A DNA stretch of 64,000 nt from Eubacteriales bacterium (lineage in GTDB: Bacteria; Bacillota; Clostridia; Oscillospirales; CAG-272), in NCBI GenBank assembly GCA_045533505.1, contig JAZSHY010000002.1:11740-75739 (forward strand), in the 5' to 3' direction. Below the pieces are notes generated by a model. It searched no databases, was not told where the DNA came from, and worked only from the letters and a program-made list of their open reading frames with translations. The position numbers and the translations under genes were made by a program. Shown in pieces: positions 31,080-38,732 of the stretch. Positions within the stretch are counted from its first letter, which is position 1. Every line of letters begins with the position of its first letter.

Positions 31080-31131
31080 GACCTATTTTTTTGTTTTTTT
31101 ATCTTTTTCGTATTTTTCTATTGCAAATCTA

Positions 31132-31160
31132 TTGCAAAAGCTTTCCATTTGTTATACAAT
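31132..31160 (+). promoter_or_regulatory. sigma-70-type promoter for efp
   Basis: TTGCAA (31132..31137), 17-nt spacer, TACAAT (31155..31160). The -35 lies in the second unit of an 11-bp tandem repeat CTATTGCAAAT/CTATTGCAAAA (31118..31139). Confidence 0.5.
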
Positions 31161-31265
31161 ATATCTGTATGGATGCCGCGAAGGCGGCTAAGAGAGAGCC
31201 GATCCCACAGCGGGGGATTGGAACGACTCTTTCAACAATAACGATTACCGCTGGGAGATAAGGAC

Positions 31266-31829
31266 ATGGAAGTTGTAATTGCAGGCGATTTTAGAAACGG
31301 CGTCACCTTTGAAATGGACGGCAAGGTTGTTCAAGTGCTTGAATTCCAGCATGTAAAGCCCGGTAAGGGCGCAGCCTTTGTGCGCACCAAGCTCAAGGAC
31401 GTCATTAACGGTGCTGTGATTGAAAAGACCTTCAACCCCACCGATAAATTTGAGGGTGCCTACATTGAGCGCAGAGATATGGAATATCTCTATAACGATG
31501 GCGACCTCTACTACTTTATGGACCCCGAAACCTATGAGCAGGTTCCGCTGGACGGCAAGAAGCTTGGCGACAACTTCAAGTTCGTCAAGGAGAACACAAC
31601 CTGCAAAATCGTTTCCTACAAGGGCAATGTTTTCAGCGTTGAGCCCCCTGTGTTTGTGACGCTTGAGGTTACCGATACCGAGCCCGGCGTTCGCGGCGAT
31701 ACTGCCACTAACGTCACGAAGGCCGCTACTCTGGAAACGGGCGCTGTGGTCAGGGTGCCGATCTTTGTCAACACCGGAGATCTCATTCGCGTGGATACCC
31801 GCGTTGGCGAATATCTCGAAAGAGCATAA
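31266..31829 (+). CDS. efp: translation elongation factor P
   Basis: [36 protein letters not shown] is canonical EF-P, including the KPGKG loop. Confidence 0.95.
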   Translation: MEVVIAGDFRNGVTFEMDGKVVQVLEFQHVKPGKGAAFVRTKLKDVINGAVIEKTFNPTDKFEGAYIERRDMEYLYNDGDLYYFMDPETYEQVPLDGKKLGDNFKFVKENTTCKIVSYKGNVFSVEPPVFVTLEVTDTEPGVRGDTATNVTKAATLETGAVVRVPIFVNTGDLIRVDTRVGEYLERA

Positions 31830-31847
31830 CCGAAAGGGAGAATGAGC

Positions 31848-32267
31848 ATGGATATTTGTGAAAAGGCAGCGTATCTGAAGGGCTTGGCCGATGGCCTTCA
31901 CGTGAATACCGAAACCCCTGAGGGACGTCTTATTTCCGAGCTGGTAGCCTTGGTTGGCGATATGGCTGAAAAGCTTAACAACCTTGAGGTAGAGACTGCC
32001 GAGCTTCGCGATTATTGCGAGGAGCTGGACGAGGATCTTGGCTTGGCCGAGGATCTCGTGTATGGCGCCGATGAGGATGAGGACGAAGACGATGCCGGGG
32101 AAGAGGAGTTCTACGAGGTAACTTGCCCTGCTTGCGGAGAAACCATTTACTTCGACGAGGATTGTGATCCCGCCGAGCTTGCATGTCCTGCATGCGGCGA
32201 AAGCTTTGATTGCAGTTGCGACGGGGAATCCTGCGAGGGATGCTCTGGTTGCGGCGAAGAAGACTGA
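31848..32267 (+). CDS. acidic protein with C-terminal double CPACG zinc ribbon, function unknown
   Basis: Helical N-domain, poly-acidic linker (DEDEDEDD), then CPACG-x14-CPACG plus an extra Cys cluster. AAAGGGAG lies 7 nt before the ATG at 31848. Confidence 0.6.
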   Translation: MDICEKAAYLKGLADGLHVNTETPEGRLISELVALVGDMAEKLNNLEVETAELRDYCEELDEDLGLAEDLVYGADEDEDEDDAGEEEFYEVTCPACGETIYFDEDCDPAELACPACGESFDCSCDGESCEGCSGCGEED

Positions 32268-32272
32268 ATTTA

Positions 32273-32313
32273 TAAAAAAAGAACAGATTCCGTTGGAATC
32301 TGTTCTTTTTTTT
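32273..32313. terminator. bidirectional rho-independent terminator
   Basis: AGAACAGATTCC-GTT-GGAATCTGTTCT (32280..32306), flanked by an A-run and a T-run. Confidence 0.8.
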
Positions 32314-32321
32314 ACGTCTTT

Positions 32322-33101
32322 TTATTCCAAATTTTGTCGCATAACCTCATAGCCGAGTATCGTAGAGGCCGAGGCGGCAGACAGGGCAGCGGAGAAGGCC
32401 CGTCCGTACGGAATTTTCACAATTTCGTCGCACTTATTCAGCAGTTCACGCGAAATTCCCCGTTTTTCGCCCCCCACAACAAGGAGAAGCGGCTTTTTCA
32501 GGTTTGCCCTTTGAAGATCCACCTGAGTTCGGACATCGGCGGCTATTACCCTATAGTTATGGGAGCGAAAATAGGAAACGGCTTCGGAAGCGACAGCCGT
32601 ATACAAGGGAATAAGCTCGGAGGCACCCGCCGAGGCACGGGCAACCACGCCTGCTGCGCTCATCCAGTTTCGCTCGGGCAAAAGAACACCGTCAATCCCC
32701 ATGGCGTAAAGCGAACGCAACGCGTATCCGAAATTGTAAGGATCCTCTATGCCGTCAAGCAAAATATAAAAGCCGGAGGAGGGGAGAGTGGCCGCCGAAA
32801 GAGGAGGAATAGTGCGCTCTGAGCATTCGGCAATGATGCCGCCGTGCGTGTTTCCGGTTGTACGCGCCGTAAGCTCCTCGGTAGAAATGGGCAAAATAGA
32901 GAAATTCAGCTCATTGGCACGGTGGCGAAGCCATGAAAGCTCCTTTTCTAAGCGTGTTTTACTTTCCGAGGCGAAATACACCCGCAAAATTTTGCGGTCA
33001 TTCTGCGGATTTTCGCCATTTCGGGCAGCAATAAGCGCGCGCAAGGAGGTCATTCCCTCAAAGAGGGAAGAGGGGACAAATTTTTTGTACTCATGTTGCA
33101 T
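32322..33101 (-). CDS. TrmH/SpoU-family RNA 2'-O-methyltransferase (RlmB-like)
   Basis: C-terminal SpoU motifs (LLVVGGEKRGIS, IPYGRAFSALSAASAS..IL.YE). The start is uncertain (33101 preferred, 33143 possible). Confidence 0.75.
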   Translation of the reverse strand: MQHEYKKFVPSSLFEGMTSLRALIAARNGENPQNDRKILRVYFASESKTRLEKELSWLRHRANELNFSILPISTEELTARTTGNTHGGIIAECSERTIPPLSAATLPSSGFYILLDGIEDPYNFGYALRSLYAMGIDGVLLPERNWMSAAGVVARASAGASELIPLYTAVASEAVSYFRSHNYRVIAADVRTQVDLQRANLKKPLLLVVGGEKRGISRELLNKCDEIVKIPYGRAFSAALSAASASTILGYEVMRQNLE

Positions 33102-33162
33102 TTTTCGGCCAAACCTTTCATAGGAATGTACTAACTCATACATTTAAGGAGGGGTCTTGGAA

Positions 33163-33423
33163 ATGTATCAAAAGGAGAGAGCGCGATGTGAAATATTTGC
33201 GGAATACCTTGTGGAAAATCATGCAACGGTAAGGGCGGCAGCACGGCATTTCCAGGTAAGCAAAAGCACGGTACATAAGGATATCACAACACACCTGCAA
33301 TGGGTTAATCCCGCCTTGTATCAGTTGGCAAAAGAAATTCTTGAAATCAATAAATCAGAAAGACATTTGCGCGGCGGGGAAGCCACCAGGAGAAAATACC
33401 TGCATCGCAAGGAGGCTGTATAA
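33163..33423 (+). CDS. spoIIID: sporulation transcriptional regulator SpoIIID
   Basis: VSKSTVHKDIT HTH and KSERHLRGGEATRRKY motif match SpoIIID. AAGGAGGGG lies 7 nt upstream of the ATG at 33163. Confidence 0.85.
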   Translation: MYQKERARCEIFAEYLVENHATVRAAARHFQVSKSTVHKDITTHLQWVNPALYQLAKEILEINKSERHLRGGEATRRKYLHRKEAV

Positions 33424-33639
33424 CGTTGTGAAGGTACCTGTATTGTAACACACGCCAAATTATACAAAATAGAAATTTTGTATAATTTAGGGCAGTGCTT
33501 TTTGAGCTTCAAGATGGGATTTTGCTTGGAATTTACCTTTTTTTTGAAAAAACTTGTAAAAAACCTTTTCTTTTAAGAAAATGTATGGTATAATATATTC
33601 GTGTAAAAATTATGCTTACAACAAGGAGGGACAAATTCC

Positions 33640-34065
33640 ATGAAAATGAAATTGCGTGTGCTGACAGCTACAAAGAAAGGTAAGCTTTTAAGCTTAGCCA
33701 AGATTGTGGCAGATGAATATTCCAATTATGCTTGCGATGTGATTCCGCCGGCTTATCCGTGCGAAACCGAGCGTTTGGTCGTTATTTTTCTGACAGCCGC
33801 CTCCAGCTATTCCACAGCCTTTGAAATATTCTGCAAGAACCTGAACAAGAATACTGCCCAGAATGTTGCCGTTGTTGTGGACGGAGATATGGCGAAGGCA
33901 CAGCCTGTTATCGATATGATTCGTGGCGCTGGGTGTCATTTCTGCGAGGAAATTTTGACAATTGACGGTGGATTGCCCTTTAAGTTTATGAAAAAGGTTA
34001 CCGAGGAAGAACGCAATACGGTTCTTGCTTGGGTGGAAAGAACCATTCAGAGCTTCAAGGCGTAA
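33640..34065 (+). CDS. hypothetical cytoplasmic protein (141 aa)
   Basis: Good SD (AAGGAGGG), own terminator, no recognisable motif. Alternating beta/alpha pattern, possibly flavodoxin-like (inference only). Confidence 0.5.
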   Translation: MKMKLRVLTATKKGKLLSLAKIVADEYSNYACDVIPPAYPCETERLVVIFLTAASSYSTAFEIFCKNLNKNTAQNVAVVVDGDMAKAQPVIDMIRGAGCHFCEEILTIDGGLPFKFMKKVTEEERNTVLAWVERTIQSFKA

Positions 34066-34081
34066 AACTTGTGGTTCTCGT

Positions 34082-34114
34082 AAAAACGGAAACGCTTAGG
34101 CGTTTCCGTTTTTT
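34082..34114. terminator. bidirectional rho-independent terminator
   Basis: CGGAAACGC-TTAG-GCGTTTCCG (34087..34108), flanked by an A-run and a T-run. Confidence 0.8.
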
Positions 34115-35427
34115 CAGTTGAACTCGTCGTAAATGGCACGGAGCGCAGGAACATAATCCTCGGCATCTACGCCAATAATGATGTTAAGTTCGCTTGAGCC
34201 TTGGTCAATCATTCTGATATTGATAGAGGCTTTGGCAAGAGAGGAAAATATGCGAGCAGCGGTTCCCTTCGACCTTACCATACCGCGGCCTACCACGGCG
34301 AGAAGCGCAATTCCATCCTCTACAACAACTGCATCCGGATTTGTGAGGCGGAAGATTTTGCTCATAATTTGCTCTTTTTTCCCCGCAATCTCATCGCTTT
34401 TCACAATGACACACATGGAATCTATGCTGGAAGGAAGATGCTCGAAATTCACAGAATTGACCTCAAGCACTTCGAGAACGCGACGGCCAAAGCCAAGCTC
34501 TGAGTTCATCATATCCTTTTCGATGGAAATAATGGAGAAGCCGACCTTCCCTGCAATTCCCGTGATAACGGACTCGGTCTTATCGTCGGGGGCGCTGGGG
34601 ACAATCAAGGTTCCTTTTGCGCTCGGCTCATTGGTGTTTTTGATATTGATTGGAATTCCCACGGCACGAACAGGGAAAATAGCATCCTCGTGAAGAACGG
34701 TAGCCCCCATATATGAAAGCTCACGGAGTTCTTTATAGGTTATGATATCGATTGGCTTCGGATTGTCGATACACCGAGGGTCAGCCATCATAAAGCCAGA
34801 AACATCGGTCCAGTTTTCATAAAGGTCTGCCATAGCGGCACGAGCTACAATAGCCCCCGTAATATCGGAGCCTCCGCGCGAAAAGGTGCGAATGCAACCC
34901 TCGGGCATAGAGCCATAAAAACCGGGGATTACGGCATGGGGATGTGCTTTAAGCGCTTCCGCAAGCACAGGATAGGTACGTTCTGCATCAAGCCCCCCCT
35001 CCTGCGTGAAGAAAATAACATCCTTGGCGTCCACAAAATCAAAGCCAAGAAAAGCAGCAAGAATCTTTCCGTTCAGATATTCCCCACGACTGGCGGCATA
35101 GTCGCGGTTAGCACCGTGCAAAAGTTCATGGCGAATAACGGAAAAATCGTCATCAAGCGAAAGTTCAAGTGAGAGGTCTCTAATAATATCAGTGTATCTT
35201 TCAACAATTTTTTCAAACACCGCAGAGATATCCTCTCCCTCCGACGCCAAAGCATGACACCTGTACAAAAGGTCGGTTACCTTCTCGTCCTCCTTGAAAC
35301 GCTTGCCGGGGGCAGACGGCACCACAAAACGACGTTCTTCGTCAGCCTTGACGATATTGGCTACGATGTTAAAATGCGCGGCGTCGGCAAGAGAGCTTCC
35401 CCCAAATTTCAAAACCTTGAGTCCCAC
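34114..35427 (-). CDS. aspartate kinase
   Basis: VLKFGGSSLAD..VVPSAPGKR kinase N-terminus and C-terminal ACT-type repeats. GTG start sits 7 nt after AAGGAGA. Confidence 0.85.
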   Translation of the reverse strand: MGLKVLKFGGSSLADAAHFNIVANIVKADEERRFVVPSAPGKRFKEDEKVTDLLYRCHALASEGEDISAVFEKIVERYTDIIRDLSLELSLDDDFSVIRHELLHGANRDYAASRGEYLNGKILAAFLGFDFVDAKDVIFFTQEGGLDAERTYPVLAEALKAHPHAVIPGFYGSMPEGCIRTFSRGGSDITGAIVARAAMADLYENWTDVSGFMMADPRCIDNPKPIDIITYKELRELSYMGATVLHEDAIFPVRAVGIPINIKNTNEPSAKGTLIVPSAPDDKTESVITGIAGKVGFSIISIEKDMMNSELGFGRRVLEVLEVNSVNFEHLPSSIDSMCVIVKSDEIAGKKEQIMSKIFRLTNPDAVVVEDGIALLAVVGRGMVRSKGTAARIFSSLAKASINIRMIDQGSSELNIIIGVDAEDYVPALRAIYDEFN

Positions 35428-35460
35428 AATCTGTCTCCTTGAAGAAATTATAACATTAGT

Positions 35461-35489
35461 ATTATATGTGTTTTGGAGAGTTCTGTCAA
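35461..35489 (-). promoter_or_regulatory. consensus sigma-70 promoter for aspartate kinase
   Basis: Minus strand has TTGACA (35489..35484), 17-nt spacer, TATAAT (35466..35461). The leader is short, so there is no room for a riboswitch. Confidence 0.6.
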
Positions 35490-35589
35490 GGGGCGTTCTC
35501 TGATTTTCGCCCTTTTTCTTAAAAAACTCGTCCCTATCCTAGCCTTTTTCGGTGTTCCTTGCGATATTGTCAAAAAATATGCGTTTTTA

Positions 35590-35640
35590 ACTAAAAATAA
35601 GCTGCGCCAAAGCCCATGTGCAAGGGGTTGGCGCAGCACT
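35590..35640 (-). terminator. rho-independent terminator after trpB
   Basis: Minus strand reads GCTGCGCCAA...TTGGCGCAGC (35637..35601), followed by TTATTTTT. Confidence 0.6.
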
Positions 35641-35734
35641 GTTTTTGCGTAGGCGTAGGCTTTCAATTTTTCCGGAGGTAACAGGCTTGGCTTTCAAAAG
35701 GCCGTTAGCCGTAGGTCCTTTCTTTCGAAAGCAC

Positions 35735-36952
35735 TTATCGAATTCCAAATCGCTCAATGATATAGTCCATATCCTTGTCGCCTCTTCCCGACAAATTGAT
35801 TAACACGGAGCCGTGCGACATGGTTTTGGCAAGCTTCATGCCGTAAGCCACGGCATGCGCACTTTCGATGGCAGGGATAATCCCCTCAAGGCGTGAAAGC
35901 GTGAAAAAGGCATCCACGGTTTCTTCGTCCGAAATTACGTCGTACTTCACTCGCCCGAGATCATGCAAAAAGGCGTGCTCAGGGCCGGAGGAAGGATAGT
36001 CAAGACCGCTGGCCACCGAATAAACAGGGGCAGGCTCACCATTTTCGTCCTTCAGCATAATGCTGTTGAAGCCATGCATAATTCCTTCGCTTCCGTATTG
36101 CAGGCTGGCAGCGTGGTCCCCGAGAGCGGGACCTCTTCCGAGGGGCTCGATTCCATAAATGTCAACCGGATCGTTCAAGAAGCCTGCGAACATACCCATG
36201 GCATTGGATCCACCGCCCACGCAGGCGACAACCGCATCGGGCAATTCCCCAGTCATCGAAAGGAACTGCTCTCTGGCTTCTATGCCCACAATGCTCTGGA
36301 AATCACGAACCATCATCGGGAAGGGATGGGGGCCGAGCACCGAGCCGATGCAGTAGATGGCGTCCTTATATTCCCTAGCATAGGCCTCAAAGGCGGCATC
36401 CACCGCTTCCTTCAAGGTAGCAAGGCCATGGGTTACTTCAATGACGTTGGCACCGAGAATCTTCATTCTTGCAACGTTGGGGGCTTGCTTCGCAATGTCA
36501 ACCGTGCCCATGTAAATATCACATTCAAGACCGAAATAAGCCGCAGCGGTAGCAAGAGCCACACCGTGCTGACCGGCACCGGTTTCGGCAATGACCTTCT
36601 TTTTGCCCATATATTTGGCAAGAAGAGCTTCGCCCATGCAATGGTTCAGTTTGTGTGCTCCCGTGTGATTGAGGTCCTCACGCTTGACATAGAGCTGCAC
36701 ATTGCCAAGCTTACCCGAAAGTCGCTCAAGATAGGATATGGGTGTGGGGCGTCCTTGAAATTCTCGACGGATTTTGCGAAGCTCCGCAATAAATTTTGAG
36801 GATTTGCAAATTGTAAAGTATGCTTCGGTAATCTCTTGCATAGCCGCTTTGAGTTCATCGTTAATAAAAGCTCCGCCATACTTTCCAAAATAGCCGTTTG
36901 CATCGGGGAAATTCTTGAAATAGGTGTCAAAATCGATGCCGTTGAACTTCAT
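35735..36952 (-). CDS. trpB: tryptophan synthase beta chain (stand-alone)
   Basis: PLP-lysine motif [10 protein letters not shown], plus [12 protein letters not shown] and GGGSNA motifs. ATG at 36952 follows GAGGAGAG. The longer ORF to 37129 would run through the T-box leader. Confidence 0.9.
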   Translation of the reverse strand: MKFNGIDFDTYFKNFPDANGYFGKYGGAFINDELKAAMQEITEAYFTICKSSKFIAELRKIRREFQGRPTPISYLERLSGKLGNVQLYVKREDLNHTGAHKLNHCMGEALLAKYMGKKKVIAETGAGQHGVALATAAAYFGLECDIYMGTVDIAKQAPNVARMKILGANVIEVTHGLATLKEAVDAAFEAYAREYKDAIYCIGSVLGPHPFPMMVRDFQSIVGIEAREQFLSMTGELPDAVVACVGGGSNAMGMFAGFLNDPVDIYGIEPLGRGPALGDHAASLQYGSEGIMHGFNSIMLKDENGEPAPVYSVASGLDYPSSGPEHAFLHDLGRVKYDVISDEETVDAFFTLSRLEGIIPAIESAHAVAYGMKLAKTMSHGSVLINLSGRGDKDMDYIIERFGIR

Positions 36953-36989
36953 TTTAACTCTCCTCTGTGTAATAAAACTTCTTTTTAGA

Positions 36990-37339
36990 ACATTTATCAT
37001 TTGGCAGAAACGAAAACTGCGCTTCCTTCGTTTTTTGGCGCCGCCCTTCTCTTTTGGTGAAAATAAAAAACGCCTCAACAGAAAAAAGCCTGTCAAGGAC
37101 GAATAACATTGCATTATCCGCGGTGCCACCTTGGTTCATACTCATTGAGTATGCGCTTGCGAGATACGTTCCATATCCCCGACAACTTACGCGTGCCCTG
37201 CGTTGCAGAATACTCGGCGAATTGCCTTTGACTGCACCCTCCGCGGTCCATTTGCCAATTGGTGTCATATCCGAATCTCAGCTGCTCGGACTCTCTGGGA
37301 TGTCCTTAATCGGCGTTATCTCCGCATCAACGGTTTCTT
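36990..37339 (-). promoter_or_regulatory. T-box leader (tRNA-sensing riboswitch), probable Trp specifier UGG
   Basis: Elements on the minus strand: AGAGAG box (37296..37291), GCTGAGA distal-loop-like element, AAA-UGG-A (UGG = 37250..37248), T-box core AACCAAGGTGGCACCGCGGA (37136..37117), and a terminator CCTTGACAG/CTGTTGAGG plus U-run (37098..37058). Confidence 0.8.
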
Positions 37340-37345
37340 TTCCTC

Positions 37346-37374
37346 ATTGTAACACCCGAAAGCCAATATGTCAA
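37346..37374 (-). promoter_or_regulatory. sigma-70 promoter for the T-box/trpB transcript
   Basis: Minus strand has TTGACA (37374..37369), 17-nt spacer, TACAAT (37351..37346). Confidence 0.6.
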
Positions 37375-37402
37375 TAGTTTTTGAAAAAAAGTTTGAAAAC
37401 AC

Positions 37403-37431
37403 TTGCATTTTGAAAAAAGATGTGCTATACT
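37403..37431 (+). promoter_or_regulatory. sigma-70 promoter for tRNA-Ser
   Basis: TTGCAT (37403..37408), 17-nt spacer, TATACT (37426..37431), about 45 nt before the tRNA. Confidence 0.55.
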
Positions 37432-37475
37432 AACTAAGGCTTGTGTGAGAGCCTCTTCAAGTTTTTAATCCAAAA

Positions 37476-37567
37476 GGAGAAGTCGCCTAGTTGGTCGAGG
37501 GCGCACGACTGGAAATCGTGTAACCGTTAAAAGCGGTTCGAGAGTTCGAATCTCTCCTTCTCCGCCA
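37476..37567 (+). tRNA. tRNA-Ser (anticodon GGA)
   Basis: Acceptor GGAGAAG/CTTCTCC, anticodon loop CTGGAAA, long variable arm, T-loop GAGTTCGAATCTC, encoded CCA. Confidence 0.93.
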
Positions 37568-37612
37568 GAAAAAAGCACACATTTGTCTACCAAGACAATG
37601 TGTGCTTTTTTC
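37568..37612 (+). terminator. rho-independent terminator after tRNA-Ser
   Basis: AGCACACATTTGTC...GACAATGTGTGCT hairpin followed by TTTTTT. Confidence 0.8.
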
Positions 37613-37616
37613 AACT

Positions 37617-37815
37617 AAATCCGTCCTTGCAAACGGGATAAATCCCACTCCTGTGGGATGAAATAACTTCATGATGAAATCCGACTTCGTCGGGATAATT
37701 AGGACGGATTTAATTTCATCTGAAGCTGTAGGCTGAAGATTTCATCCGAGCTTGCTCGGATTTCATCGTGCATAGCACGATTTCATTAATATACAATGCT
37801 TCCGCCTGGATTTAT
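37617..37815. repeat. array of ATGAAAT/ATTTCAT heptamers interleaved with mini-hairpins
   Basis: ATGAAAT starts at 37658 and 37674. ATTTCAT starts at 37713, 37739, 37760 and 37780. A 10-bp long-range inverted repeat pairs 37617..37626 with 37702..37711. Details are in the findings. Confidence 0.6.
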
Positions 37816-37835
37816 GCACAAAAATGTGATATAAT
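37807..37835 (+). promoter_or_regulatory. candidate extended -10 promoter for the VOC gene
   Basis: TGATATAAT (TATAAT = 37830..37835) with a weak -35 TGGATT (37807..37812). Confidence 0.4.
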
Positions 37836-37882
37836 CTAACCGATAAATAAGAATTTGACGGAGATACAAACAGAGATACAAT

Positions 37883-38233
37883 ATGAAACTGAAGAACATT
37901 TTGATCGTTGTTAAGGACACAGAAAAATCGAGAAAATTCTATCACGACTTATTTGGAATAGATTTAGTGCTTGACAATGATGGCAATATGATCTTAACTG
38001 AAGGTCTTGTCCTTCAAGATGAGAAAAGATGGAAAAGATTTTTAGATAGAAATATTATTCCCAAAAGCAACTCTTGCGAATTGTATTTTGAGGAGCAGGA
38101 TATCGAAGCATTTATTGAAAAATTAGAAAAACTATATCCCACGATTGAATATGTTAACCGTCTTATGACACACAGTTGGGGGCAGCGAGTAATCCGATTC
38201 TACGATTTGGATGGTAACTTAATCGAAGTATGA
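37883..38233 (+). CDS. VOC-family (glyoxalase/bleomycin-resistance fold) protein
   Basis: 116 aa. MKLKNILIVVKDTEKSRKFYHDLFG and ..RFYDLDGNLIEV are typical VOC beta-alpha-beta-beta-beta module ends. AT-rich codon usage relative to neighbours. Confidence 0.7.
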   Translation: MKLKNILIVVKDTEKSRKFYHDLFGIDLVLDNDGNMILTEGLVLQDEKRWKRFLDRNIIPKSNSCELYFEEQDIEAFIEKLEKLYPTIEYVNRLMTHSWGQRVIRFYDLDGNLIEV

Positions 38234-38399
38234 GAACCTGTCTTTTGGGTGCTTTTTTCGTTGTGCGGATGTAAGCCTCCCTACGTTTGTCCGTGCGGTG
38301 GATAGAAACGCGATTCGAAACATCCAATAAGTTTGACAGAGCTATCTGCACAAACGAGACGGTGAAGGCTGCGCCCGAAGGGAACGACCATCCAATCCA

Positions 38400-38582
38400 T
38401 TATTCTTCCGTTATCTGCATTTTTTCCAAGAATTCTGCCTTGGTTAGCGTGGGATTCTCTTGAATCAGTTTGAAGCTCTGTTCCAGATTCTCATCGCATA
38501 TTGCGTCCAGAATTGCCGCCGAGTCCGTTCCCAACTCTCGAAGATATTTCATCACTAACGAACCTTTTTGATATTGCGTCAT
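38400..38582 (-). CDS. small hypothetical helical protein (60 aa)
   Basis: AGGAG lies 8 nt upstream of the ATG at 38582. No recognisable motif. Confidence 0.4.
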   Translation of the reverse strand: MTQYQKGSLVMKYLRELGTDSAAILDAICDENLEQSFKLIQENPTLTKAEFLEKMQITEE

Positions 38583-38686
38583 TGGTTATGCTCCTTACGC
38601 CTCGCTTATTTAAGTTCACTTGTGCTTCCGATACTTGATTCATCATTATTCCCTCTCATGTTTTTCGTGAGTTACCGAAAAGCATC

Positions 38687-38732
38687 AAATCCCAAAGCCT
38701 CCTCCCGTCCACGGGAGGAGGCTTTGGGATTT
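38687..38732. terminator. very strong hairpin terminator after the EF-G paralogue
   Basis: Perfect 21-bp stem AAATCCCAAAGCCTCCTCCCG-TCCA-CGGGAGGAGGCTTTGGGATTT. Confidence 0.7.

Noticed and set aside
30992-31261. 89-aa ORF spanning the pepP 3' end and the efp leader
   Set aside because: It overlaps the end of the M24 peptidase gene, crosses the efp promoter and leader, has no SD, and its translation is low complexity (F/L/I-rich from T-runs).
35440-35475. dif-like Xer recombination site (AT-rich TAATACTAATGTTATAA on the minus strand)
   Set aside because: It matches the Firmicute dif consensus only weakly. The sequence is fully explained as the -10 region and leader of the aspartate kinase promoter. 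It also lies far from the Xer-type gene at 44856.
35488-35515. GGGCG-N12-CGCCC hairpin followed by TTTTT as a plus-strand terminator
   Set aside because: The stem is only 5 bp with a large loop. No plus-strand gene ends nearby. It lies between the trpB terminator and the aspartate kinase promoter on the other strand.
36953-37129. 59-codon N-terminal extension of trpB
   Set aside because: It runs through the T-box terminator and U-run. The conserved TrpB sequence begins at the ATG at 36952, which has a GAGGAGAG SD.
37617-37815. CRISPR-like array interpretation of the heptamer/hairpin region
   Set aside because: The repeat unit is only 7 to 8 bp, the 'spacers' are 12 to 13 bp and self-complementary, copies occur in both orientations, and no cas genes are present. 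It is kept as an unexplained repeat, not as a CRISPR.
37487-37945. Small minus-strand ORFs 37487..37672 and 37763..37945
   Set aside because: The first runs through tRNA-Ser and its terminator. The second runs through the VOC start, its promoter and the repeat array. Neither has an SD, and both translations are low complexity.
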